Shown here: piece by piece, positions 47,695 to 56,918 of the stretch
Numbering within the stretch: position 1 is the first letter of the stretch
Layout: every line of letters starts with the position of its first letter
Sequence record: MT533174.1
Length of the DNA: 64,000 nucleotides
Source: Escherichia phage CJ20
Reading direction: 5' to 3' (one strand)
Position numbers and translations under genes: made by a program
Notes under the pieces: model-generated
Databases searched by the model: none
Told to the model about the DNA's origin: nothing
Seen by the model: the letters and a program-made list of their open reading frames with translations, nothing else

Positions 47695-47721
47695 GAATTC
47701 CTACTTTATGAGGAGAACACT

Positions 47722-48711
47722 ATGACACGTAATGAATATATCCAGGCCTTTAACACCACTATCGATGCAAAAGTAAAACCATTAACAGGTGAATCGGCTA
47801 TCCTTTCAATTATCAATTCCTGGTTAAATCAGATTGATTCGACTATTGTTGCATCTTGTCGCTTTGAAAAAGACATCGCAACTATTGCGAGTCGCGCCGG
47901 TAATGATGATATCAAGAAAACTTTTAAAGGTTCCCGAGTCCTGGCATACCTGGTTAATAAAGACCTTCTTAACAAGTTTGGTGTTGAATCCAGACGCGGT
48001 AAAGGTACAATTGGCTATCATTGGTTTGGTGATGTTGAAAAATACTATCTTGATAAACAAGGCTATACTGTTTCTGAATTCGCAAATTGCTGGGCGCGTG
48101 AATTCAGAGATAACAAAATGTCTATCATCAAATCAGCGACAAAATTGATGGATGGTGATTATCGCACTATCTCCCATTTGGCTGAGCACATGGTCAAGGT
48201 TAAAGAGTCTGGGGAAAACCAGGTAATTATTACAGTTAAGCATGAGTTCTTTACTCCAGTAGCTACCCCAGAAAATGTCAAAAAGTATTTGGATGCTGCG
48301 AGCATGCTTACTTCACAACTGCAGTGTGCCCTTAACTATATGCGTACTGTTGAAAAAATTAAAGTAGACCCTATTACCAGTACTCATGGTTGGAAAGGTT
48401 GGAAATTTGTGGTGACATTACGCGAAGTTAAATGTGCAAAGCAACCAACTGTTGCAGAAATCCATAAAAAGAAAAGTGAGGAAATTATGAATGCACCACA
48501 AGAAACCACCCTTGAAGACCTGATTGATAATCTGAATAATGAGCCAGTGGAACAAAAAGCGCCTGAAATTGTTGCTCTGGAAATGGCGTATAATAAAGCT
48601 CTTGCTGTTAATAAAAAGGCAACTGAAGACTATACCAAAGCCAAGCGACTTTGGGAAGAATCAACTAATCGTCTGGATAAACTGGAACAGGCTCTGGAGC
48701 TGCTGAAATGA
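47722..48711 (+). CDS. hypothetical 329-aa protein with C-terminal coiled coil
   Basis: Long ORF. Confidence 0.6.
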   Translation: MTRNEYIQAFNTTIDAKVKPLTGESAILSIINSWLNQIDSTIVASCRFEKDIATIASRAGNDDIKKTFKGSRVLAYLVNKDLLNKFGVESRRGKGTIGYHWFGDVEKYYLDKQGYTVSEFANCWAREFRDNKMSIIKSATKLMDGDYRTISHLAEHMVKVKESGENQVIITVKHEFFTPVATPENVKKYLDAASMLTSQLQCALNYMRTVEKIKVDPITSTHGWKGWKFVVTLREVKCAKQPTVAEIHKKKSEEIMNAPQETTLEDLIDNLNNEPVEQKAPEIVALEMAYNKALAVNKKATEDYTKAKRLWEESTNRLDKLEQALELLK

Positions 48712-49010
48712 AACAACGTTTAAGAGAAGACATTGCTTCAGCATCTAATACAGGTTTATTGAACTTTATTAAAGGAGCCGAATTGATTGGTAAGATTCAC
48801 GGTTGTGATGATTATAGCCAAGATATTCCTGATTGGAATGCGATTATTAAAATTGTCGAACGTCGTGAAAAAGCTTCTAAGAACGTTCCGAACTGTCCTG
48901 AATGCGGAACTGAACAGGTCCAATTGACTTATTGGCGTAGCTCTCCGCTTCAATATAAATGCAGACATTGTAAACACAAATTTGAGCGAGATGAAAATGG
49001 CAAAGCGTAA
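48708..49010 (+). CDS. zinc-ribbon protein
   Basis: 100 aa; C-terminal CPECG...CRHCKHKF. Confidence 0.55.
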   Translation: MKQRLREDIASASNTGLLNFIKGAELIGKIHGCDDYSQDIPDWNAIIKIVERREKASKNVPNCPECGTEQVQLTYWRSSPLQYKCRHCKHKFERDENGKA

Positions 49011-49239
49011 AGAATATGTTGAGACCGCCGAAAGGGTGGTCCGTGAATTAACTCTGGCTTATTATAAAGAACACGGTAAACTTCCGGATAGTTATTCAGT
49101 ATTGAAATCTGCTTTAACTCGTTCATATAATAATATGCGTTCAGAAGTTTATGGTATTATGGTCAAACATAAAGAACAAACCGGTCAATACTCCGATTAT
49201 ACTGAGACCTTCAAACAAGTATTAGGAATTAAGGAATAA
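48991..49239 (+). CDS. hypothetical protein
   Basis: About 82 aa; start uncertain (TTG at 48982, ATG at 48991 or 48997). Confidence 0.45.
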   Translation: MKMAKRKEYVETAERVVRELTLAYYKEHGKLPDSYSVLKSALTRSYNNMRSEVYGIMVKHKEQTGQYSDYTETFKQVLGIKE

Positions 49240-49240
49240 T

Positions 49241-49504
49241 ATGTTTAAAGTATATGGTTATGATTCATCTATCCATCGCTGTGTTTTCTGTGATAATGCA
49301 AAACGTTTACTTGACGTTAAAAAACAACCTTACGAATTCATTAACGTTATGCCGGAAAAAGGTGTGTTTGATGATGAGAAGATTGCTCAACTCCTGGTTG
49401 CACTTGGTCGTGAATCCCAAATTGGTTTGACCATGCCGCAAGTATTTGCCCCTGATGGAAGTCATATTGGTGGCTTCGACCAACTGCGAGCTTATTTTAA
49501 ATGA
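49241..49504 (+). CDS. nrdC: thioredoxin/glutaredoxin NrdC
   Basis: 87 aa; near-identical to T4 NrdC (MFKVYGYDS-IH-CV-CDNAKRLL, GLTMPQVFAPDGSHIGGFDQLR-YFK). Confidence 0.95.
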   Translation: MFKVYGYDSSIHRCVFCDNAKRLLDVKKQPYEFINVMPEKGVFDDEKIAQLLVALGRESQIGLTMPQVFAPDGSHIGGFDQLRAYFK

Positions 49505-49668
49505 TTGAATTATCGTTGGGTGTTTTGTATCTTATCATCGGTATTGGTTATGCTAAGACCCTAGCTAAATTAGATGATTTCGGTGCAGGTGACTTTTGTT
49601 GGTGGCTGACGTCTATGATTTGTTGGCCTTTATTTCTGGTTGGTGCTTCATTCTGGAACTTTAAATGA
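49501..49668 (+). CDS. small membrane protein (MIELS...)
   Basis: 55 aa; ATGA overlaps on both sides; not in the track because it is under 60 aa. Confidence 0.4.
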   Translation: MIELSLGVLYLIIGIGYAKTLAKLDDFGAGDFCWWLTSMICWPLFLVGASFWNFK

Positions 49669-49973
49669 TTGAATTAAGCGGACAAACAATTTATCTGGGC
49701 GATGGCAACGAAGACGACCTGGAATATAAACTCTACGAATACATGGTCGCCCTGGCGAAAGCAGAAGGTATTGACTTTGCTGTGGCTAACCCGTATGGTG
49801 AGAACACTGTTGTAATCGGCGGCACTGCTTATGAAGTCCAATGGCAATACGTTGGGCTTGAATCTGAAGAATATGAAGAAGATAAGCATGGCGATTGGCA
49901 TCCGGTTGGTCCTTGGTACTGGGACGACGGTGAGCCTGATTTTGAAGTATCAAGCTATTGGAGTGACCAATGA
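49665..49973 (+). CDS. hypothetical acidic protein (MIELS...)
   Basis: 102-aa ORF. Confidence 0.5.
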   Translation: MIELSGQTIYLGDGNEDDLEYKLYEYMVALAKAEGIDFAVANPYGENTVVIGGTAYEVQWQYVGLESEEYEEDKHGDWHPVGPWYWDDGEPDFEVSSYWSDQ

Positions 49974-50290
49974 CTATTGAAAATGAATTAGATGTTGATG
50001 CTGTTTTAAGCGAAATCATTGAAGACCATGATGCGTTTACTGAATCATACGAGTTTGAATTTTCGGACTATCTGGTTCCGGTTGAATTAGGCGAATGGAC
50101 ACAAACCGGCAAATACCAATATCGCCAGGCAATTTATTTCAGCAAAAAACATAATGTGCATGTGGCTGTAAACGAAACTCGTACCGGCTCTTATCATACC
50201 GACTGGGACCATATGGTCCCGACTGTTGAACTGGTTAAGCCCCAAGAACGCGTCGTAACCCAAACTATCAGAGAATGGATTACGCTATAA
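49970..50290 (+). CDS. hypothetical protein
   Basis: 106-aa ORF. Confidence 0.5.
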   Translation: MTIENELDVDAVLSEIIEDHDAFTESYEFEFSDYLVPVELGEWTQTGKYQYRQAIYFSKKHNVHVAVNETRTGSYHTDWDHMVPTVELVKPQERVVTQTIREWITL

Positions 50291-50401
50291 AACCATGGTA
50301 TACCGCTCGATGGGAAACTGTCGAGCCAGAGGAACCTGTTTACATCGGTTCCGAAACAGAGTATAATGAACCTTCAAACAATGATTTAATTGATATGGAA
50401 T

Positions 50402-50581
50402 ATGGCTATGAGTACCAAAATTGAAATTGGTCGTCATAAAGGCCGTCTGATTGAACATTCGCTTTACGAGTTATCGGATTCGGGTTCTTTACCTGACCTA
50501 GAATCCGATTTGATTAAAGCTGCAGCCGATTATATTCATTGGCTTGAAGCTCAACTCCGCTTTTCCGATGAGGTCTTCTGA
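50402..50581 (+). CDS. hypothetical protein
   Basis: ORF from an internal ATG; start uncertain. Confidence 0.4.
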   Translation: MAMSTKIEIGRHKGRLIEHSLYELSDSGSLPDLESDLIKAAADYIHWLEAQLRFSDEVF

Positions 50582-50757
50582 TGAAAACTGTATTAGTCTA
50601 TACCGAAAAGTTAAACGGTGACAAGGTCTGGAAACTTCTTATCAAAGGAAGTCCTACCGACCAGTTTATGGCCACCTGTGTGGGATTGTATACTCGTCCT
50701 ACCAAAAAGATGATTCGTCAATTTAAACGGTTACATCGCTCGTTCTACGGGGTCTGA
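50581..50757 (+). CDS. hypothetical small protein
   Basis: 58 aa; ATGA overlap with the upstream stop. Confidence 0.4.
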   Translation: MKTVLVYTEKLNGDKVWKLLIKGSPTDQFMATCVGLYTRPTKKMIRQFKRLHRSFYGV

Positions 50758-50886
50758 TATGGATGCTCTTATTACGGTATTTTGGGTCGGAGTCGTTTTA
50801 TTCGGATTGTTGTTAGTGCTAAGTTGCACTGCTAAACTATTGGGATATTAATAAATACCCTTATCTAATAATGGTAAGGGTTTATT

Positions 50887-51360
50887 ATGTTGTTGACTGG
50901 CAAATTATACAAAGAAGAAAAACAAAAACTTTATGATGCACAAGCTGGTAAGTGTCCAATTTGCCACCGTGATTTGGACTCTGATGTTCAGGCCAACCAT
51001 CTTGATCATGACCACGAATTGAACGGACCAAAAGCCGGTAAGGTTCGCGGGTTACTATGCAATCTGTGCAATGGAACAGAAGGACAAATGAAGCATAAGT
51101 TCAGCCGTTCGGGTCTAAAAAGTCGCGATGTTGACTACCTGGAATGGTTAGAGAGTTTGCTTGTCTATCTGAAATCTGATTATACCGAAAACAATATTCA
51201 CCCCAATTTTGTAACAGACAAAGCCAAAGAGTTTGGCCGCCTGGGGAAAGAAGAAATGATTCGGGAAATGCTTTTGAATGGTATGACTTATAATGAATCT
51301 GACACCAAAACACAATTAATGGCTTCATTTAAGAAGCAGCTTAGAAAGAGTTTAAAATGA
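50887..51360 (+). CDS. 49: endonuclease VII (Holliday junction resolvase) gp49
   Basis: 157 aa; near-identical to T4 endo VII (MLLTGKLYKEEKQK-YDAQ, HLDHDHELNGPKAGKVRGLLCNLCN, KKQLRKSLK). Confidence 0.95.
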   Translation: MLLTGKLYKEEKQKLYDAQAGKCPICHRDLDSDVQANHLDHDHELNGPKAGKVRGLLCNLCNGTEGQMKHKFSRSGLKSRDVDYLEWLESLLVYLKSDYTENNIHPNFVTDKAKEFGRLGKEEMIREMLLNGMTYNESDTKTQLMASFKKQLRKSLK

Positions 51361-53174
51361 CAATTGAAAACGAAATTGAAGGATTGATTCATAAAACTAA
51401 TAAAGACCTTTTAAACGAGAATGCTAATAAAGATTCTCGTGTTTTTCCAACTCAACGTGACCTTATGGCTGGTATTGTATCTAAACACATTGCCAAAAAT
51501 ATGGTCGCGTCTTTTATTATGAAAGCACATGAAAGCGGAATTATTCATTTCCATGATATTGATTATTCCCCTGCTCTTCCATTTACTAATTGTTGTTTAG
51601 TAGATTTAAAAGGAATGCTTGAGAATGGATTTAAGCTCGGTAATGCGCAGATTGAAACTCCTAAATCAATTGGCGTTGCTACTGCAATTATGGCGCAAAT
51701 TACTGCACAGGTTGCTTCTCACCAATATGGCGGAACGACTTTTGCTAATGTAGACAAAGTATTTTCTCCTTATGTTAAACGCACCTATGCAAAACATATT
51801 GAGGATGCAGAAAAATGGCAAATCACTGATGCGTTGAATTATGCCCAATCTAAAACAGAAAAAGATGTATACGATGCATTCCAAGCTTATGAATATGAAG
51901 TAAACACTCTCTTTAGTTCAAACGGACAGACCCCTTTTGTGACAATTACATTTGGTACTGGAACTGATTGGACTGAACGAATGATTCAGAAAGCAATTCT
52001 GAAAAATCGTATTAAAGGTCTTGGTCGTGATGGGATAACTCCTATTTTCCCTAAGCTTGTTATGTTTGTTGAAGAAGGTGTTAATCTTTATAAAGACGAC
52101 CCGAACTATGATATTAAGCAGCTTGCTCTAGAGTGTGCAAGCAAAAGGATGTATCCTGATATTATTTCAGCTAAGAACAATAAAGCTATCACTGGTTCAT
52201 CTGTTCCTGTTTCTCCAATGGGTTGCCGTAGTTTCTTGAGCGTATGGAAAGATTCGACTGGCAATGAAATTCTTGATGGACGTAATAATCTTGGTGTTGT
52301 AACACTGAATCTTCCTCGTATTGCATTAGATTCTTATATTGGAACACAGTTCAATGAACAGAAATTTGTTGAGCTATTTAATGAACGAATGGATTTATGT
52401 TTTGAAGCTTTAATGTGTAGAATTAGTTCCTTAAAAGGAGTTAAAGCGACTGTTGCTCCTATTCTTTATCAAGAAGGTGCATTCGGGGTTCGTCTTAAAC
52501 CTGATGACGATATAATTGAGTTATTTAAAAACGGTAGAAGTTCAGTGTCTTTAGGATACATTGGTATTCACGAATTGAATATTCTTGTCGGTCGTGATAT
52601 TGGACAAGAAATTTTGACTAAAATGAATGCTCGTCTTAAGCAGTGGACTGAAAGAACCGGATTTGCTTTTAGTTTGTATTCTACTCCTGCTGAAAACCTG
52701 TGCTATCGCTTCTGTAAACTTGATACCGAAAAATATGGAAGTGTAAAAGATGTTACTGATAAAGGCTGGTACACTAATAGTTTCCACGTTTCAGTAGAAG
52801 AAAATATTACTCCGTTTGAAAAGATTTCTCGCGAAGCCCCATATCATTTCATTGCAACAGGTGGTCACATTTCTTATGTTGAACTTCCTGATATGAAAAA
52901 TAACTTAAAAGGTCTTGAGGCTGTATGGGATTATGCTGCACAACATTTAGATTATTTTGGTGTTAATATGCCAGTAGATAAATGTTTTACGTGTGGAAGT
53001 ACCCATGAAATGACTCCTACTGAAAACGGATTTGTTTGTTCTATTTGTGGAGAAACTGACCCTAAAAAGATGAACACAATAAGAAGAACATGCGGCTATT
53101 TGGGGAATCCGAACGAACGTGGATTTAATCTCGGCAAAAATAAAGAAATCATGCATAGGGTTAAACACCAATGA
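51357..53174 (+). CDS. nrdD: anaerobic ribonucleoside-triphosphate reductase NrdD
   Basis: 605 aa, the same length as the T4 NrdD protein; C-terminal glycyl-radical motif RTCGYLG and Cys cluster CFTCG...CSICG. Confidence 0.92.
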   Translation: MTIENEIEGLIHKTNKDLLNENANKDSRVFPTQRDLMAGIVSKHIAKNMVASFIMKAHESGIIHFHDIDYSPALPFTNCCLVDLKGMLENGFKLGNAQIETPKSIGVATAIMAQITAQVASHQYGGTTFANVDKVFSPYVKRTYAKHIEDAEKWQITDALNYAQSKTEKDVYDAFQAYEYEVNTLFSSNGQTPFVTITFGTGTDWTERMIQKAILKNRIKGLGRDGITPIFPKLVMFVEEGVNLYKDDPNYDIKQLALECASKRMYPDIISAKNNKAITGSSVPVSPMGCRSFLSVWKDSTGNEILDGRNNLGVVTLNLPRIALDSYIGTQFNEQKFVELFNERMDLCFEALMCRISSLKGVKATVAPILYQEGAFGVRLKPDDDIIELFKNGRSSVSLGYIGIHELNILVGRDIGQEILTKMNARLKQWTERTGFAFSLYSTPAENLCYRFCKLDTEKYGSVKDVTDKGWYTNSFHVSVEENITPFEKISREAPYHFIATGGHISYVELPDMKNNLKGLEAVWDYAAQHLDYFGVNMPVDKCFTCGSTHEMTPTENGFVCSICGETDPKKMNTIRRTCGYLGNPNERGFNLGKNKEIMHRVKHQ

Positions 53175-53641
53175 ATTATGATAGATTTTATCCTTGCGAT
53201 TTTGTGAATGGCCCTGGATGCAGGGTCGTTCTTTTCGTTACAGGTTGTTTGCATAAATGCGAAGGGTGTTATAATAAATCAACATGGAATGCTAGAAATG
53301 GTGTTCCATTTACTGGTGAAACACTAGAACAATTAATTGAATGTTTGAATAATGATTATATAGAAGGATTAACTATAACCGGAGGAGACCCTCTCTATCC
53401 TGATAACCGAGATGTTATTCACTCTGTGGTTCAAACTATTAAAAATCTTTATCCCAATAAAAGCATTTGGATGTGGACGGGATATAAGTTTGAAGATATT
53501 AAACAACTAGAAATGCTTAAATATGTTGATGTTATTATTGATGGGAAGTATGAGAAAAATCTTCCGACCAAAAAACTGTGGCGAGGGTCAGATAATCAGC
53601 GACTTTGGTCAAATACCGATGGGGTGTGGAAACATGATTAA
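53171..53641 (+). CDS. nrdG: anaerobic RNR activating protein NrdG (radical SAM)
   Basis: 156 aa; radical-SAM Cys motif CLHKCEGC; ATGA-coupled to nrdD. Confidence 0.9.
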   Translation: MNYDRFYPCDFVNGPGCRVVLFVTGCLHKCEGCYNKSTWNARNGVPFTGETLEQLIECLNNDYIEGLTITGGDPLYPDNRDVIHSVVQTIKNLYPNKSIWMWTGYKFEDIKQLEMLKYVDVIIDGKYEKNLPTKKLWRGSDNQRLWSNTDGVWKHD

Positions 53642-53755
53642 ATTGAATTACATTATGGATACTATAAATGATATGATTTTTCGTTTTGGTCCAGAATTTT
53701 ATTCGCAGTATAGTTTAGTGTTTATCAATGCTTGGTTAATCAATTAAGGGTAAAT

Positions 53756-53971
53756 ATGAATAAATTTCGTAATGCTACAGCAGATATTCTGGCAAACATA
53801 ACGCTTGTGTTGTTCATCGTTTGTCTGCTTATTCTGGCTATCCCGTTTGGTTTGCTGTTTGTTATTATCGGTTGGTTAAGCACCAATCCTGGCCTCGAAA
53901 GCTCTGAATTCAACAAAAGAATCCAGACTATTCATAGTACCATTGCAAAAATGCTGAAGGTGAAAGAATGA
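53756..53971 (+). CDS. small membrane protein
   Basis: 71 aa from the ATG after AAGGG; one long hydrophobic segment. Confidence 0.5.
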   Translation: MNKFRNATADILANITLVLFIVCLLILAIPFGLLFVIIGWLSTNPGLESSEFNKRIQTIHSTIAKMLKVKE

Positions 53972-54267
53972 AACGTTTTGAAGAATATGTAGCTACTAAT
54001 TGGACCGCATGGGACAAGTTCGGTGATGAATGGTACTTCCACGACTGTGACCTGGACCCGGAATTCTTTGTCGGTAAGGAAGAAGACCTTAAAGACATCT
54101 ATGCATTGTCTGAGATTCATGGAATCAAACCGACGGTTTATTTCTCTTTCGATGACACGGGTTTCCTTATTCAGGTTTATGTCCCGTACGCAACTGCCAG
54201 CGATGAAGAAGTTATTAAAACCTGGAACTACCAAGGAGTGATTTCCTGTGGACCAAAACTCGACTAA
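53968..54267 (+). CDS. hypothetical acidic protein
   Basis: 99-aa ORF. Confidence 0.5.
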   Translation: MKRFEEYVATNWTAWDKFGDEWYFHDCDLDPEFFVGKEEDLKDIYALSEIHGIKPTVYFSFDDTGFLIQVYVPYATASDEEVIKTWNYQGVISCGPKLD

Positions 54268-54565
54268 GATTGAAATCTATGGTATCCCCGAAGAAGTCGG
54301 TCGATGCCCAGGTTGTATGCACGTCAGGAGCCTTCTGGGCTCCTTAAACCTTCCTTATACATTCTATTCAGTCCTTAACAAACAAGGCTCTGAAATCGCT
54401 TATGACAGGCCATTAATCGTGTCTTTGGCTAAGCGTGCTGGATATCCTACCCTTAACATTCGTTACCCAGTGATTTTTGTCAATGATGAAAAAATGACAA
54501 ATATTCCTGCCTTTAAAACAAAACTGATATCCCTGGGGTATGACCAGGACTTAATTGAAGATTAA
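54248..54565 (+). CDS. nrdH: glutaredoxin-like protein (NrdH-like)
   Basis: About 105 aa with redox motif CPGC near the N-terminus; the start appears to be GTG, so the start is uncertain. Confidence 0.6.
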   Translation: MDQNSTKIEIYGIPEEVGRCPGCMHVRSLLGSLNLPYTFYSVLNKQGSEIAYDRPLIVSLAKRAGYPTLNIRYPVIFVNDEKMTNIPAFKTKLISLGYDQDLIED

Positions 54566-54571
54566 AAAGGG

Positions 54572-54601
54572 GTGTACAAGCCCCTTTGAACGGTGTATCA
54601 T
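54572..54601 (+). promoter_or_regulatory. early-promoter-like element with -35 GTGTAC inside a GGGG/CCCC stem-loop
   Basis: AAAGGGGTGTACAAGCCCCTTT stem-loop, 18 bp, TATCAT, then the leader CCATCAACTACTGATGAGGAAAAC. Confidence 0.45.
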
Positions 54602-54632
54602 TATCCCATCAACTACTGATGAGGAAAACAAA

Positions 54633-54815
54633 ATGGTTATTGAAGATAAAGAAATTAAAGCCGACCAGTATTATTCAGTAAATGGCTATCCTGTGCAAGT
54701 AACCAAAGTGACGGACCAAGATGTATGGTATCGTCCTTTGAAATGGCCTGATGCTCCGTTGATGGTGTGTGACCGTAGCTTGTTCAATACAGTTGCAAAA
54801 GGACCTAAATTATGA
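54633..54815 (+). CDS. hypothetical small protein
   Basis: 60 aa from the ATG after the conserved leader. Confidence 0.45.
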   Translation: MVIEDKEIKADQYYSVNGYPVQVTKVTDQDVWYRPLKWPDAPLMVCDRSLFNTVAKGPKL

Positions 54816-55066
54816 GCCTGAAATTACATTCAATGAAAAATGTCGCCACCCTTAATCTTGATGATGAACGTTTGATTTTTATCACCGTCACAGATAAAAA
54901 TATTGAAATTGCAAATGGTCCTAAGACTTATTGTTGCCCAGTGAAGAATTGGAAACATGTAACCTTTTTGACCCTGGGTGACCGTCTGAAAGACCTTAAG
55001 TTGGATTTAGATGTCAAAGATATTCAGTACATTAAAAATCTTATTGGATACAAACTGCTGAGGTAA
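54812..55066 (+). CDS. hypothetical protein
   Basis: 84-aa ORF. Confidence 0.5.
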   Translation: MSLKLHSMKNVATLNLDDERLIFITVTDKNIEIANGPKTYCCPVKNWKHVTFLTLGDRLKDLKLDLDVKDIQYIKNLIGYKLLR

Positions 55067-55068
55067 TT

Positions 55069-55362
55069 ATGGGTAAAACTATTCGTCGCAAAGAATTGTC
55101 TGTAAAAGATTTTTATTATTCAGGGCGTCGTCAGGCGCCTGATGGTGTAAGTCAGGAACAAGTTGAAGAAAATATCTTCCGTTCAGACAAATGGAAGCGT
55201 ATGCGTGGCGTTGATTCAGAAGTCAAGAATGAGATGAATCGTCAACTGCGTAAAGAAGTTCGTCAGTTGAAAAAAGATGTATACGTTGAGGATGATTTTG
55301 ATTATAATACTTCTCACTGTGTTGCAAAACGTAAATCAAACGAGTGCTATCGTTACAGCTGA
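55069..55362 (+). CDS. hypothetical basic protein
   Basis: 97-aa ORF. Confidence 0.5.
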   Translation: MGKTIRRKELSVKDFYYSGRRQAPDGVSQEQVEENIFRSDKWKRMRGVDSEVKNEMNRQLRKEVRQLKKDVYVEDDFDYNTSHCVAKRKSNECYRYS

Positions 55363-55369
55363 GGAAAAC

Positions 55370-55501
55370 ATGAATATCAAACGAATGCTTTTTAAACAAG
55401 GATTATACGCTTTAAATTCTGCTCCAAAAGGCGATACAACCAAGTGGTCAGTAAATGACTGGATTGAATTTATTGATGAAAACGGTAACTGGAAAATTTA
55501 A
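55370..55501 (+). CDS. hypothetical small protein
   Basis: 43 aa from the ATG after GAGGAAAAC. Confidence 0.35.
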   Translation: MNIKRMLFKQGLYALNSAPKGDTTKWSVNDWIEFIDENGNWKI

Positions 55502-55502
55502 A

Positions 55503-55700
55503 ATGAATCCACAATCTAAATTGTCACAACGTATTGCAGAAGAACGTGCCAAATTTTTCCAGAACATGAAACACTCTGGCATTGAGGATGAAGTTTTTCT
55601 GAACTGGTTTTGGAATAATAAGTATGCAGCATGTGAAGGCGCACTGCTTTTGTCCGTTGCAATGATGTATGAAGGCTGGAAAGCGGCTAAAGCGCAATAA
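55503..55700 (+). CDS. hypothetical small protein
   Basis: 65 aa from the ATG at 55503. Confidence 0.45.
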   Translation: MNPQSKLSQRIAEERAKFFQNMKHSGIEDEVFLNWFWNNKYAACEGALLLSVAMMYEGWKAAKAQ

Positions 55701-55772
55701 AAACCAACGGGGTCATGGTATAATGACCCCAGGATAATAAAATTTTAATTTAATGAGACTGAGGAATATATC

Positions 55773-56099
55773 ATGACTGCATCTATCACTAACATCATCG
55801 CTAATTTCGCATTTGCTAAAGTTAACACTCTGATGAAATCTGGTTTTGTTACTCCTGAGATTCTGGACCAGTGGGAAGGCGATGTACAGAAACTGATTAT
55901 TGCGGAAGGTCAGACAATGGGTAAAGCGCGTATTCGTGAAAGCCTTGTCCAGTATATTCTGAATGAATTTGATGTAGTAGCGTTTGGTTTACCGCTTCTG
56001 CGCGAAAACAAAGAAGTTTCTGATAAAGCTATCAAGCGTATGAAGTCCCAGCGCAAGAAAGGTTTTGTTGACCTGAAAATTATTAAGGGTGCGAAATGA
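55773..56099 (+). CDS. hypothetical protein
   Basis: 108-aa ORF. Confidence 0.55.
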   Translation: MTASITNIIANFAFAKVNTLMKSGFVTPEILDQWEGDVQKLIIAEGQTMGKARIRESLVQYILNEFDVVAFGLPLLRENKEVSDKAIKRMKSQRKKGFVDLKIIKGAK

Positions 56100-56341
56100 A
56101 TAATTTACCAGAAGGTGTATCAGCCATAATCGTCCTTAAAGCTTTATCTGGCTTCCAACGTACATCTATGATGGTTAATAGTGAAACTATTATAAAAGAG
56201 GCTAAGATGCTAAGTGGAAGTCATCGTGATTTCAGGATACTTCCTATAAGCTCTAAGACCACTTATATGCAAATGCCTGACCCTAAAATAGCCTGGGACG
56301 AAGGCATGACATTAAATGAATTTGAGGATTATCTTAAATGA
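56096..56341 (+). CDS. hypothetical protein
   Basis: 81-aa ORF. Confidence 0.5.
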   Translation: MNNLPEGVSAIIVLKALSGFQRTSMMVNSETIIKEAKMLSGSHRDFRILPISSKTTYMQMPDPKIAWDEGMTLNEFEDYLK

Positions 56342-56604
56342 TTAAAATAAAACTCTCTAATTACGATAAAAACTTGGAAATGATTACTATGAAAGAAGAA
56401 CTCCTGAATGATGTTCGCTTTACGGGTTATGCAGTTCAATTTAATGGTGATGGGGTTCTCCAGATTGAAGGTGACCACTTTATTATTGAATACGAATTCC
56501 ACCAGTATTGGTTGTATGCTAAAGATGAAGTTGGTGGGATTGATTATATTGACCAGTTTGATAAGCTTGATGATGTTTTAGAAGCTGCTCAATTGGTGTA
56601 CTGA
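56338..56604 (+). CDS. hypothetical acidic protein
   Basis: 88-aa ORF. Confidence 0.5.
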   Translation: MIKIKLSNYDKNLEMITMKEELLNDVRFTGYAVQFNGDGVLQIEGDHFIIEYEFHQYWLYAKDEVGGIDYIDQFDKLDDVLEAAQLVY

Positions 56605-56870
56605 TGCACATCAATCATACAATGATATCCATCCAGGACCTGGGAACGTTTTGGGTGGATGAATTCATGAAAATAACATTCTTCCCACACGTAGAAGGGT
56701 ATGGCTCGTGGGAGTCCCATATCGGCATGTTGAATGAAGGACAATACCGCAACGAGCATGACCGTTTGATGGAATTCATTAGTGATGCTGAGGTTATCCC
56801 TTATATTGACATCCACGAATTTAAGGCAATTATGGAGAAGGTCTTCCAGGCTTACTGTTTACTTCGCTAA
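56604..56870 (+). CDS. hypothetical protein
   Basis: 88-aa ORF. Confidence 0.5.
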   Translation: MHINHTMISIQDLGTFWVDEFMKITFFPHVEGYGSWESHIGMLNEGQYRNEHDRLMEFISDAEVIPYIDIHEFKAIMEKVFQAYCLLR

Positions 56871-56895
56871 TGCTTTGTATAAAGGATGATATAAT
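56871..56895 (+). promoter_or_regulatory. middle-promoter-like element (MotA box TGCTTTG, 12 bp, TATAAT) upstream of gene 55
   Basis: Spacing fits T4 middle promoters; a GTTTAC hexamer lies just upstream. Confidence 0.45.
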
Positions 56896-56918
56896 ATTCA
56901 TATACTAAGTGAGGCGAT

